The notes beneath the pieces are model-generated. The model made no database searches and had not been told where the DNA came from. It was given only the letters and a program-made list of their open reading frames with translations. Made by a program: the position numbers and the translations under genes. Shown piece by piece: positions 1 to 13,153 of a stretch of 64,000 nucleotides of DNA. This stretch comes from Fistulifera solaris. Its lineage: Eukaryota. How positions within the stretch are numbered: position 1 is the first letter of the stretch; every line of letters starts with the position of its first letter. Location of the stretch: NCBI GenBank assembly GCA_030295235.1, contig AP026164.1, positions 1,240,001 to 1,304,000 of the forward strand, given 5' to 3'.

Positions 1-1848
1 GCGCGGTGGCAGACTATATTCGCGACAGCAGCCAGTTGTCTGCTGTCGCGCACACGTATGGGTCCGTCATTGGGAATTGGTGTACGCATAATGTGACTTC
101 CTTTGATTACCTCTTCGATCGTGCGGTGACTTTCAATGAGGATTTATCGAAGTGGACGACGGGCAAGGTGACGAGCATGGTAAGCATTCTTTCTCTTTAT
201 CTACTTAAACGGTTGCCGTTTTTGTAAGTACTCATCTATCACTGCTCTTTTCCAGGTGGGTGTGTTTCGTGGTGCGGTATCTTTTAACATGGACTTGAAA
301 TGGAATTTGTCCAACGTCGAATCTATCGCCAGCATGTTTGAAGGAGCAGCTGCTTTCAACCGGGACATCGGATCATGGGATGCGTCGAACATCATAGATG
401 CTAAGAGATTATTTGCGGCAGCAACGTCCTTTACTGGGGGTTCCATATCTTTATGGGACGTTACGCGTATGGTCAATGTAGATGAGATGTTTGCCGGAGC
501 GTCATCCTTCAATGGAGATTTGAGCAGTTGGAAGTTAGCAAATGCCAAATCGCTTCGTCGTATGTTTGCAAGTGCTACTTCCTTTCGTCAGAATCTTTGC
601 ACGTGGACCAAGCACCTGTTGTTGAACGAAACAGTAGAAGTAAAGGACATGTTCATCGAGTCTAGTTGCCCTTCATCAGCGGACCCATTCGTCACAGTGA
701 GAGACGTTGGACCACTTTGTCACTATTGCTCAGAGCTTCCGTGCAATGATAATAATGATGTGACATGCCTTCCATTCGTACTTGGAAATGAATTTCGGCG
801 TGCAATCGCTGCATATCGACTTGATTCTAGCAGATACACCGCTGTTGCCTCTACTTATGGGCATCCGATCGGAAAATGGAACACATCGCAACTACATGAT
901 TTTCGTTATGCGTTCTTCAACGACTACAGTTTCACTGATGATATCAGCGAATGGGACACTTCTAACGCCATATCTATGGTGTCAATGTTTAATGGGGCGA
1001 CTTGGTTTCGTGGTGACATTTCAGGATGGGATGTCTCTCGCGTAATATACACATCGGACATGTTCAAGAATGCAGAGTGGTTCAATCAAGATATTTCGAT
1101 GTGGAATCTGTCTAGTATTCATTACGCTGATCGGATGTTTTATGGTGCTACTAGATTCAATCAGAATCTATGCGATTGGCGCAGTCGCTTTCTGTTTAAC
1201 AAGACGCGTCGTGTGGATGATATGTTTTCCTATTCGGGCTGTCCTAACAAGTCCTCACCCCTCGGAATTGGTTCGGGGCCGTATTGCCATGAATGCCCGC
1301 ACAGTCCTTCCACGTCCAACCCGATTAGCTCATCGATATCTCCGACGTCGTCTCCTATCGACAATTTTCCAACGAGCGCTTCGACATATCTTCCGACGAC
1401 ATCCAAATCCTTGCTTCCGGTTGTATCACCAACGAAGATGCCGCCACGTACTGCCTCTATGCAGCCATCAATGATGTATATTTCTTCTGAATCATCAGAC
1501 ATTCCTTCAACCTTGCCAACTCTCTTATCTATAACCCCCGTCTTTCGGCTATCAGACGTCCCGTCGATCTTTCCGACTGTTACTATCACTTCTGATTCCC
1601 CAACGAAGGAGCCCGCGAAAACAGATCATCACCTTCCAAGCGTGCATCCAACATATAAGTCATCGGCAATTCCGCCATTGGCCCAGTATGCACCGGATGT
1701 CTTGAGCGGAGGGTCCTCACCTTTGGAGAGCCAAACGCTGCCTCCGTCGATGAAACCAACTCCAGGAATTCCCAGTGGGGCGTCACGCTGTGTTTCACTT
1801 AACCCGTTCCAGTTCATCCTTTGCATTTGGACCAAGCTGAAGAAGTGA
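1..1848 (+). CDS. DUF285/BspA-like repeat surface protein (5' truncated by the window), with a Ser/Pro/Thr-rich stalk and hydrophobic C-terminus; intron 180-255
   Basis: Repeats of the type 'FNxDLSxWxxSxVxxMxxMFxGAxxF' occur in ORFs 6..227 and 256..1848. These join in frame through a phase-0 intron (ATG|gtaagc...tttccag|GTG). There are two repeat blocks, each closed by a Cys motif, then an S/P/T-rich tail. Confidence 0.85.
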
Positions 1849-1983
1849 TTTGGGCGATTTCTTGTCGGGCGCCAATCTCAAAAATGTTTTCCTTGCGGAC
1901 AGCGAAGCTCTCAAAGGTCCATTGTGGGTAACACTCATAGTACTCATTGTAATTCATGACAGATATTGACATTATTATTTTAA

Positions 1984-4900
1984 TTATGAAAGCCCAACAA
2001 CGGCTTCCAGTATTTCCTTATTGCTGGAGACCACCGCTTCGTCCTCGCCTTCAAAATCCAAAGCATCGTAGATATTCACAATCTTATAAGCCGTGGCTTC
2101 GTCAACCTCGAGACCCAAGTCGCCTCCAGTGAAAGCACCATATCGTACTAATTCTTTGATCAGGTCAACTGCATTCTCTTCTCTTCCGCGCAAAAGTTCG
2201 CCGCTGATCAATCCTAATGCATTTTTTGATAGACGCACAAGAAGAGCCTCAAACATCGATTCGCATTCCTCAGCGTCGATCCCCAAAGACTCTTGAATCT
2301 CAAGGAGATTATCCGCGTTTTCGGCTCTTATATCTCCACTCTTTAAACCAGGGGTAATTTCAGAATCGAACATCCGTGCAAGGCGGCTTTTCGAAACGCC
2401 TACGTCAGACTGGATATCCATGCCCATTGAGTTACACTTCTCGCGGAACGCTTTAATACCAGCTGGCGAAGGATTATCCATAAGAATGTTGATTTCTTCA
2501 GAAAGAAGTTTTTTCTGCGTTTGCGCGAGCATTTTTTCGCTCTGCTCGGACGTCAAGCCAAGCTTCATTTGAATATTGGCGAGAACCATCATGTCCTGTT
2601 GATCCATGGATCCTTTGGTCTTCATGGCGTTTGACACAAGATTGTCATAAACTGTACTTCCGATGGTATTGTTAATCTCATCAATCTTGTCTTTTGTCAG
2701 CCCGAGAATACCAGCGAAGAACTCCCGGTTTTCTTCGTATCGCTTAGCATTAGGGCCCTGTGTGGTGAAGCTACTTACAACAAACTGACGGTAAAGCAAC
2801 TCAGCCATTTGTTGGTCAATTGCACCGAGTCCGAGAGCAGTAATAGGGTAAACCATCTTAACATCCGGAACTTCTTCGGCGAAAAGCTCGCCGTCTTCTC
2901 CCTTCTTTTCTACCGTCTTCATACCGACCTCTTCCATAGTAGCAATGTCATTCTCTTTGTAGAAGTCGATCAGTTCCATTATGTCGCTCATAATATTAAC
3001 TTCCGCTCCCAATCCCAACACACCATCTGCACCTTTGCCAGACTGAAAGACGTCTTCGCCCATGTCTTTCCCACGACGTTCAGAAAGCTGTTGTTGTGAC
3101 AGGAGAGTTCGTTCCATCTCACTACCGATCCACTCAACTTTAGGCTTCATTTTTTCTTTGATGGCTTCCAAAAACAACGTTCTTGTATTTTGCTCTGATA
3201 CACTCAAACGCTCCTTAAGTTCGTCCAGCGATTCGCGAACCTCAGGGCGAATGACCCCAGTTGTCCCCATTGCTTCCAATACAGCCTTTTTATAAACATA
3301 CCCAAAGTGCTCCATATGAGCAGGGTACGTTTCCTCTACCTCCAGATGAAACATTTCACGGAGAGACTCGAGGGCCTTAAACAATGCTTTCGTGGGAACA
3401 CCGCCAGGAGATTTGCTGCTGATGATTTCAACTGCTTTACTGTAGAACGAGGCTCCAGATTCCCGTAGGTAGTCTTGAGAAAGACGGTAGTTTGCCATCA
3501 AATCGTCGATTTCTTTCTTCATGTTCTCAACCAACTCTTCCGTGTAATCAGCCGTGATTTCCAACATCGCGCGATTCAAAGTCTTTTGTAGTTGCGGTCC
3601 GAAGGCAGCTCTGGCCTCGATCTCAGCCTGCTGATCAGTGATTCCAAGAAGCCCTTTGACCTCACCAATCTGTTCGAATATTTCGTCAGTGAGCCGACCT
3701 TCTGGTGCTTTTCGTACAGAGCGCCCTAAAAAAAATACGGTAGAGCTTTATTCTTTCTTCTGTTGATAGGAAACCATTGGCTGACTGCTTATTCCAAGGG
3801 TTGCAAAACGTTTCGTCGAAGTTGGTATTGAACTCTTCTCCCCATCCAGACTTCTTTAAAATGGCGACCAAGGCACTTTTCGATTCAAGAGCTTCCAAAA
3901 GGTGGTCGTATGTCGCTGCCTCGTTATTTACTTTGGCGAATCGGTTCGTCTCCTCTAGTGGACCGCCGAGAGCCTGCATCACCATCGACGAGATGAGGGC
4001 TTTAGTCGAGTCTTCATGCATCAACAGTTCCTCACGACGCTTCTCCATAATATTCCAGGCTTCTTCAGGCGTCTTGTTTTTGGTCAGAACATCCTTCATA
4101 GCGGCCAAGGCGGTAGTTTGGTAGAGTGGCGAAGCTTCGCTTATAATTTCGTAATCCATATCCATTTCCGAAAGACCCAAAATGTCACGTAATGAATCCA
4201 ACTAAAACAAGTGGAAAGATGAGCCTCTTTCGCAACACGATCACGAACACAATAATAACAAGTCATAACTTACTCGATTCAACGCCTCGTCGGAAAATTT
4301 TAAAGATGAAAGATCCAGCGGCATTGCCTCCTCTTCCTCTTCCTCGTCGTCATCGTTCATTTTGCGTTCCGGCAGACCCAAACAGACTCGCACCTCTTGA
4401 TTGAATGTAAAGACGTGCATATCTGCAGCTACTTCTTCTTTAATTCCCAGTGTCTCACGTGCTCGCTTGAGCATATCCGAAGAAACGGCATTCGTTCCTA
4501 GCTTACTTCGCGTCGATTGAAGGGCTCGGTGGTAGAAAGGTTCAACGACACTCGCCACTCGCTCCATGGCAACCGGCAGAGTGAGACCCACCGCCTTGGC
4601 CACTCGCGTCATTTCGAAATTAAACGCCTGCGGCGAGTCTTCGGACAGCGCCCGTTCCGAGAGAAACAGCAGTTTGTCCATCGCCAGGCGGTCGGGGTGT
4701 TTGGGATCTTCCAATTCTTCCGTGGGAGTGAAGAGACACGTCTGTCGGTACCATTCCGCTGCCGCCGTCGCGTGCGCTTCGCCCACCGCCATGTTTTGCA
4801 ACGAAAGAGCCTGCTTCAACTTTTGCAGTTCCTTGATTTCCGATGTTTTCGCCGTCGGTTGAAATTTGACCATGCCGTGAAGGTAACTGGCATAGATTTC

Positions 4901-5458
4901 GGTGCACAGCACTTCCAAGTCCTCGTCGGACAATCCAAACGAATCTTGCACATCCCGCACTGCGGCTTGCGTCTTGGTCACATCCTCTAGTCCGGCATCG
5001 ACAATGGCCTGTGCGAGGGCCGGCTTGGCGCCCGATTGCGTGAGAACATCGAGTCGCGATTTGCCCACGGCGCCCGCGATGCCGGTGACCAAGGCCCCGG
5101 CAGCATGCGCCGCAATGCGACGGCTCGGTACTAAACCAAATCCCAACAATGCCGAAACGGGGATGCTGGCATATGAGGCCAACTTGAATAGATTCGGTGA
5201 TTGGCGTATTTGTTTTCCGAGAAAGTTGGTTTGATCGGCTTTTTCCGTGAGTTCCTGTAATTCTTCCATTCCTCCGGATGTTTCAACTAACATGGAGAGC
5301 GAAGCCGCCGTGCGTGCTTTCGAAGAAATGGAAAACGAAGGTGCGGATGTGCGGGACACGAAGGACGACGTGCCGATGGCTTTCTTCGGTACAAAAGCCG
5401 TGTAGGCTTCGCTGTTGGTTGCCAACAGCAAAAAGGCGGACACGCCTGTAAACTTCAT
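1984..5458 (-). CDS. TIC110: Plastid-targeted large helical protein, probably the inner-envelope translocon component Tic110; intron 4202-4273; apparent frameshift near A-run 3728-3735
   Basis: Bipartite leader MKFTGVSAFLLLATNSEAYTA-FVP followed by a Ser-rich transit peptide. Two N-terminal hydrophobic segments (IPVSALLGFGLV; AAHAAGALVTGIAGAVG) precede a long acidic helical region. ORFs 4241..5767, 3686..4201 and 1984..3579 join into about 1100 aa, which fits Tic110 size and topology. Identity is from recall. Confidence 0.65.
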
Positions 5459-6142
5459 GTTATACCCTTCTTGTTTCTTCTTCAAAGAGTCAACGTTGTG
5501 CTCGTTATTTCGAGTGGTGCTATTTAGCCCACAAGTGTCTTGTGTCTTGTAGTTGTAGCCTTTCTTTCTAGAACGTTTTGGTTGTTGATTGATTGTCAAA
5601 AGGTTCAACTTGTCGTTTGACTGACCTACGTACAAAGTACAGTAACTTGTATCTCCAGGTGGAAGATCCTTTGGCCGTGATGAGAACCACGCGTTTTTTC
5701 TCCACCGAATGTCAGTCCACGACAAGTCGTCACGGTCGAAACAAGACCAGTGAATTAAAAATCGCACCAGTACTCAAGCGTCGAATGAACATGAACATGA
5801 ACACGTACTTGTACGCAGTTCGCGTTCGCATGCGCAAACGAAGAATCTTTAAAAGACAAATCTCCACCCATCCCCAGAGGTTGTGACGTCCTTGTTTCCA
5901 AAGAATCGAACTCGTTCCCTTGATAGACATTCTATTATTTGTGTGACATTCACATCGCTACGTAGTGTCGAAGTCGAATGATGTCTGCGATTTCATTTTC
6001 AAGATCCGACTTTTTTTTTTGTCTTGCACGTGTTTTCGTATCCTTGCAACACGCAACACCCTCGTCGTCGATGGTTGAATCGCCATCATCGTCTACTCCA
6101 CTTTTTTGGAATACTCCAAATCATCCAAAGGAATAAAAAATA

Positions 6143-7833
6143 ATGAAGTTCTCCAATCTTTCCTTTCTGTTTGCACTCGGTAAGTAGCATTGTCATGCCA
6201 ATACAATATACAACAGGAAAGCTGCGAGAGAGTGTACTTCTCGTTCCGAACGTCATCGAAAGAGTCGTTTGCATATCTGGTTTCCAACGCTCAATACACA
6301 CTTGCACTCACCTCCGCATCAACAGGCACCGTCACGACTTGTTGTGCCGCCTTTGTAGCTCCCTCCAGTCAATCCAGCAGCTCCACATCATCGTTGCACA
6401 TGGCCAAGATTACGGCCATTCAGGCCCGCGAAATCTTGGATTCGCGGGGCAACCCCACCGTCGAAGTCGATGTCACTCTCGATAGTGGTGTTTTTGTGAC
6501 AGCATCCGTTCCGTCGGGGGCCAGTACAGGCGCCTACGAAGCCGTCGAACTCCGCGACGGTGGTTCGCGGTACATGGGGAAGGGTGTCTTGAAGGCCGTC
6601 GAGAATGTCAACAGCGTTTTGGGTCCGGCCATTCTCGGAATGGATCCCACCGAGCAACAAGCGATCGACAACAAGATGCTCGAGATGGATGGGACACCCA
6701 ACAAGGCCAATATGGGAGCGAACGCTATCTTGGGCATCAGTTTGGCCGTTAGCAAGGCGGGGGCCGCGACCAAGAACGTGCCCTTGTACCAGCATTACGC
6801 GGATTTGGCGGGTAACAACTTGGACGAATTCACCATGCCGGTTCCTTGCTTCAATGTAATTAACGGTGGTAGTCACGCCGGTAACAAACTAGCGTTCCAG
6901 GAATACTTTGTCATCCCCACGGGCGCCAAGGACTTTACCGAGGCCATGCAAATCGGATGTGAGGTCTACCACAACCTGGGAAAGATCATTAAAGCCAAGT
7001 TTGGCGGTGATGCCACCTTGATCGGTGATGAGGGTGGTTTTGCTCCGCCCTGTGACAATCGTGAAGGCTGTGAGCTCATCATGGAAGCCATCAAGAAAGC
7101 TGGTTACGAAGGAAAATGCACCATTGGCTTGGATGTTGCCGCCAGTGAGTTCAAAGTCAAGGGCAAGGACGGATATGACTTGGATTTCAAATACGATGGA
7201 AATGTTATTACGGGTGAGGAGTTGGGCAACTTGTATCAATCATTGGTGAGTTCGTTCGTTCGTTCGTTACGTGAGCGATTCGCAGTTGAAAGAATTGACT
7301 TTTTCTAACACAGGTCGTTCGCTTTTTTCTCTGAACCGCAGGCTGCTGACTTCCCCATTGTAACTGTTGAAGACCCTTTCGATGAAGATGACTGGGAGAA
7401 CTGGTCCAAATTCACTGGAAAGAATGGCGAGCAATTTCAAGTGGTCGGCGATGACTTGACTGTTACCAACATTGAAAAGATTTCTCGTGCTATCGATGAA
7501 AAGGCTTGCACTTGCTTGCTGTTGAAAGTCAACCAGATCGGCAGCATCACGGAAAGTATCGCTGCTGTCAAGATGGCAAAGCAGGCCGGGTGGGGCGTTA
7601 TGACATCTCATCGTTCGGGTGAAACGGAGGATACGTACATTGCCGACTTGGCGGTAGGTCTCTGCACTGGTCAAATTAAGACTGGAGCTCCTTGCCGATC
7701 GGAGCGTTTGGCTAAATACAACCGACTGTTGCGTATCGAAGAAGAGCTAAAGAAAAAGGGTGCCAAGGTAACATACGCTGGAACAGGATTCCGTAAAACA
7801 GCATGGATGGGTGACGTCGCAGTTGCAAAGTAA
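6143..7833 (+). CDS. ENO: Enolase with a bipartite plastid leader; exons 6143-6179, 6326-7245, 7342-7833
   Basis: Motifs [51 protein letters not shown] and RSERLAKYN. Splicing at GT-AG introns 6180-6325 and 7246-7341 gives [42 protein letters not shown]. Confidence 0.95.
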
Positions 7834-7982
7834 ATGATTTCGCGCAAGTAGTCCAACTTAATATCACTGTTAGATATGAGATTTAATAAAGAAAAAGGTC
7901 GTAGACTTCTTTGTGGGACTCTTGTGGATGGTGCTAGTGTCTTCCAAGACTTGCAATTGGTAGCGCCAGCTTTGTAGTAGTC

Positions 7983-10726
7983 TTACTGAGGCTGCATTCG
8001 CTTTGCATTTTTGACACCTTTGTTCTTCCGTGTAACCAAACTAGCGGTCTTAGCCCCACCAAAGTTCTTTTTCTTAGCAGCCTCCTCGATTGCTGACAAG
8101 TCAATTACAGGCGCCGATTCGATTCTCTCTACTCCTGCAACGTATCTAGCTTCGACTTTCTCCTTGAATTCTTTACTCTTTTCCATGTAAAATTTGTAAT
8201 CTCCTTGATATTTGACAAGTGCTCGATCTTCTACTGCTACGATGGAAGTAGCTACCCTAGAAATGAAGTATCGATCATGAGAAATAATCATGACGGATCC
8301 AGCGTAGTGTTGAAGGGCTTCCTCCAGCATCTCCTTGGCTGGAATATCCAAGTGATTTGTGGGTTCATCCAAAATGAGAAAGTTCGCCGGTCGCAACATC
8401 ATTGTGCATAATGATAAGCGAGCCTTCTCTCCACCGGACAAATTGCGAACCTTCTTGTCAACGGCGTCGCCTTTGAAAAGAAATTGACCCAGAAACGCTC
8501 GTAACTCATTGTATGACTGTCCATTACTTGCTCCTTGAATCGTCTCCAAAACAGTTTTATCCAGATCCAGAACGTCAGCCTGGTTTTGTTCGAAGTAATT
8601 CATAACCACATTCTGGCCAACTATACCAGCAGTGCCCTCATCCGGCGTTTCTTTTCCAACTAAAAGACGAAGAAGGGTGCTCTTGCCACAGCCATTCGGA
8701 CCGACCACGGCAATTCGGTCACCCTGTTCGATAAACAGATTAACATGGTCGAATAGACGATTCTGTGTTTGTGTTTGTTGATTTACGTAGCCATGTGACA
8801 AATCTTTAATTTCAGCGACTTCGGGACTCAACCGAGGTCCCTCTGGAAAGCGAAACTTGAATGGCTTTCCCAGAAAAGGGGGCTTTTGCACGTACTCTTC
8901 ACTCTTCATAAATTTCTCGAGTTTCGCCTCGCGCTGTTTGACAGCTTGTGGTTGCTTTACTTTGAATTTATTTATCCACTGCTTCTCTTCTTTGATCTTT
9001 TTCTCTTGTGCATTGTAAGCTGCGTGCCAGGCGTCCAGTCGAGCTTTCTTTAGCTGAAGAAATCGAGAGTAGTTACCATCGTATGTCGTACAAGTGCCGC
9101 CTTCCGCGTCCACAATCTTGGTGCACACCTGATCCAAAAACTCGCGATCGTGACTGACAATCACCATTGGAATATTTTGTTTTCGAAGAAACTCTTCCAT
9201 CCATTCCACGCTTTCGAGGTCCAAGTGATTTGTAGGTTCATCCAAGAGAAGCACGTTGGGATCCTGGAGCAGAACTTTTCCTAGACCAATTCTCATTTTC
9301 CATCCCCCAGAAAAGCTCGCGACAAGATAGTCCGCTTCTTCCTCATTGAAGCCCATCAGATCCATGACTTTTTGGACTCGACTCTCCAGTATGTAAACTT
9401 CTTTGTTCTCTGCTTCGTTTTGTAACTCTTGCATTCGGTCCAAAATTTGCTGCATTTTGTCTACGTCGTCGGCGGATAACTGCTCCAAGGCCGCTTCTGT
9501 TTCCTTAATTTCTTCAAGAATTGCGTTTTCGGCTGCAAAGACTGATAGTAGTTCCTCTTTCAACGTTCGTTCTGGGATAAGTTCATCCACAAACTCCTGG
9601 CGAAGTACCGCAACGCGCAAGTCTTTGGACGATTTTACTACATCACCGTACGTTGGCTCCAATTCTCCCGCCAAAATACGAATTTGAGTTGTCTTTCCTG
9701 CTCCGTTAGCTCCAACCTTTTTTTTGGTTTTTTGATTGTTTGGACATTTATTATATTGAACGCGAAGGAGCAGCAGAAATGTTGTTCAGCAATTGATTTT
9801 CGAAGCAAGGAATAACGAATGATAGACTCCAGTGAGAACAAACATAACGATTGAATTGATAGAGAGCCGTTCTACCTACCAAGCCAATGCGGTCGCCCGT
9901 TTGGACACCCCATGTTACGTCCTTGAGCACTTCCTGGTTTCGAAAGGTAATTCCGACGTTCTCGAGTCGAAGCGATGTATAATCTGGCTGGGAACTTTCC
10001 ATAACACGAATTCTTGGAGGAGGGCGTTCTTTTCGAATTTTATCTTCCAATGTAACCTTTTCTTCTTCATCTTCCTCCGAGTTTTCGTCTTGCGGCACTT
10101 CAACCTGAACTGCTATCACAGGTGACTCCGAAGTCTCCATTATTTCTAATTGTTTTTGCTTCTTCTTCTCTTGCTTTTCAGCCAGCTTGGCAGCCTCTTT
10201 TTCTTCCTTCTTTTCAAAGCTTTCAATTCTTTTTTCGAAAGCGGTGGTCCATCGCTGTCGCTGACATTCTCCCGGGCAGACTCGAGTGCTTCCAACTCTA
10301 GGGCTTTTTGCAGCATTAGATCCTTCTTGCTTAATTTAGGTTGCTCTTCCGGTTTCCTTTCCTTTTCTAATTTTGTGTGATCTTCGTCGCTACTTCCATT
10401 TAGAGATTCCATTGCCAGCGCATTTTGCAACATCTCTTCTTTCTTGCTGAGTTTTGGACTTTTCGGACTGGCTTGTTTACTTTCTTTTGCTTCTGCTTTT
10501 CCAGTTCCATTCTTTCCTTTTTGGATAATGGCTCATCTTCTTCCAGTTCATCCAGGACGTCAAGATTGAAAGAAGAAGCAACCTTTTTCTTTTTTGCGAA
10601 AAGAGCCGTCGCTGGTGACGACCCGCCCCAAACGGATGGTCGACGAGAGGATGTCGGAACGAATGATTGCACGCTGGACAAGCATGCCAGGGAAAGCATA
10701 AACAGGATAGTCCTTGTGTCTACCAT
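7983..10726 (-). CDS. Plastid-targeted ABC-F family ribosome-associated ATPase; intron 9717-9879; two apparent frameshifts in the Lys/Glu-rich N-terminus (~10430, ~10145)
   Basis: Two ABC cassettes (GANGAGKT...FSGGWKMR...LLLDEPTNHLD; GPNGCGKS...LSGGEKAR...LILDEPTNHLD) with an interdomain linker and no transmembrane domain. Leader MVDTRTILFMLSLACLSSVQS-FVP. Confidence 0.9.
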
Positions 10727-11218
10727 ATTGAATGCTTGTTAAAATTGTAGATGATAATTATTCTTATTCTGCTGGGTCGGATGATGGAAGAATTTTTTTT
10801 CATTTTGCCTCCAACATTATTATTTTTCGTCTTTCGTGGTCGCGACGGTTGACGTTTGAGCCGTTTTTAGCGAAAACGTCGTCCGCGACTTCTACACTCT
10901 GTTGAAACAGTACCATGGTTCCCTTCTTCCATTCCACGTGGATCTGGCACGGAGTTCAACACAAACGTCAGACGGCTGCGTTTCACCACCATCCAAACCA
11001 ACCGACATTTTTTCGTTTCTATCCGGTACTGAAATGCGTCAAGACAACACAACGCGTGATATATTAAGTACCGGTACGATATCAAGCACCCATCATCGTC
11101 ATCGCCCCAAGAAAAAATTTGAACAGGATGATGATTTCGGTGATGCGTTCGTCGCTCCATGGTCGCTACTTTACTTTGTCGAATAATGGTATATTCAAAG
11201 CCTGCAATATTTCTTATC

Positions 11219-11981
11219 ATGTTCCGAAACCTGGTTTTGTTATTGACATTCTTCGCTGGAAGTTCTGCTTTCGTAATGGCTCCATCGACCCGACTAAGCA
11301 CGGCGTTGGCCGTCGCCGTGGATACTTCCGACATTAAGAATGGTATGACCATCGAGATCGACGGCGAGCCGCACAAAGTGCTGAGTTTTTCGATCATGAA
11401 GCAAGCTCGTGGTGCGGCCAAGACAACCATCAAGTTTAAGAACTTGGAACGTGGAAACACTATCGAAAACACCTACCGCTCGGGGGAGAAATTTGAAACG
11501 GCAATGATTGAACGAGTGGACGCGCAATTTACGTTTCAAGAAGGAGTACGTATAGTGACACAGACGCTGGATCTTAGCTTGAGGAACTGAAATCTTTCTT
11601 ATTTTCATCCTACTAATTGCCATAATCTATTTGCCCTCCATGTCCACAGAATACTTTCTTTTCATGAACACGGAGACATTTGAAGAAATCCCTGTCAACG
11701 AAAAAGTTGTTGATGATCGGGCTAAATGGATAAGTGAAGGCGGTGAAGTTACTTTGGTTACATTCAAGGACAAGGTGATCGAAGTCGTCGTTCCCTCTCC
11801 GCAAATCTTTGAAATTGTTCAAACCGATCCCAACATGAAAGGAAACACCGCCCAGGGCTACACCAAACCAGCCGTTCTAGACTGTGGAGCCACAATCAAT
11901 GTTCCAGGGTATCTTGAAACAGGTGAAAAGATCAAAGTCGACACGGAGAAGGGTGAATTCTTGGAGCGTGTCAGAGCATAG
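11219..11981 (+). CDS. efp: Plastid-targeted elongation factor P; intron about 11546-11649 (needs a 1-nt correction in the T-run just downstream)
   Basis: SDIKNGMTIEIDGEP...KFKNLERG...FMNTETFEEI...GNTAQGYTKPAVLDCGATINVP...GEKIKVDT matches EF-P domains I-III. Leader MFRNLVLLLTFFAGSSA-FVM. Confidence 0.92.
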
Positions 11982-13153
11982 TATGTGACAGCGCTTTTTA
12001 AAAAAGTACTAATTGACATACAATATGAAAGAGGTATCGCAGAATTATAGCTATCAGTTCATGAACGTCTTATTCGAGGTACCAGGTAGTGCATTGAGTT
12101 TAGGATTTGTAAATGATGTGATACTCTCTTGATTCTACCGCTGTGCCTTCGATCGCGTTAGTCGTATTGGTCAACGCGGGTGAAACCCAGTGTTCACAGT
12201 CGTTTTTTTCTTTTTTCATGGTGAGAGGCGATGTAGTTCTTTCTAAATGCGAATACATTGAAACTACCATCGAGCCCCATTTAGAACTTTGCGTCGTCGC
12301 ATGTGTGTAAAGTGAAACCAAGATGGACGAGGCGCGCTGCTCTAAACTGATTGCGCGATTGCTGTTTGTTGAAGTTTCGAACGATTTTTACTTAAAGATC
12401 CTGTTTTGCGCGTCTATGAAATGGTGTTTTGAAATATAATACGTAACGGACCGACGAAAAATAATGATGATATGATGTGTTCACCACCGTCTTGCAGAAA
12501 TCCAAAAATCTCCCACCTTTCTCCACCAAGTTCGCGATTTGGATTTGGAGGACTATTTACTTAGGATAGGTCATTCTAAGTATTCGTTGAAACTTTGTAA
12601 ATAAATGAGAAGGACTTCTCTTTAAATAAAGAAACGACGGTTATTATATTCGCAAGTGACCAATTCCGGACGATTTTCGAAAGCAAGGCTACAATGTATG
12701 CTATAGTGAAGCTACGACCTCCGGGACGGATAACCCACTATCGGGCACGCCACTTTTATATATTCTTAAGATACGTATAAGTAAGAAAAGGTGCGCATCC
12801 TCTCCTGCGTTTTCTGCTGCCAGCACAAGACTCCTAACAGTCTCTTTGGACCGTCACCATTCTTACTCCGAATAATTGACATCACCGAAAGCCTAAACAA
12901 TATAACGCTGATCGTACAAAGCGATTCTATTGAATGGACGTGCGTTGGAGAGCTTCTATTTACATTTGAAAAGAGGGACCGGTCGTATTCAAAACGAAAA
13001 GAAATAACACCCTTGGAGCGTTAAAAGCCTTCGGTGGGTTGCATTCTACATCCACGAACGAAATAGATTCTGGCTCTACGATCAACCCATCGTGTTGGGG
13101 TCTCATAAATCGGACGACAATTATCTTAATTAATTTAAGCCAGCGACCATACC

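Noticed and set aside
4241..5767. ORF-track N-terminal extension of the Tic110-like ORF (5459-5767)
   Set aside because: Non-ATG start and not protein-like. The ATG at 5458 begins a clear signal peptide.
6190..6325. N-terminal extension of the enolase ORF
   Set aside because: It is read-through of intron 6180-6325. The true start is 6143.
12100..12321. Small ORFs at 12100-12321 and 42785-42982
   Set aside because: Non-ATG starts, short, and no motifs or splice support.
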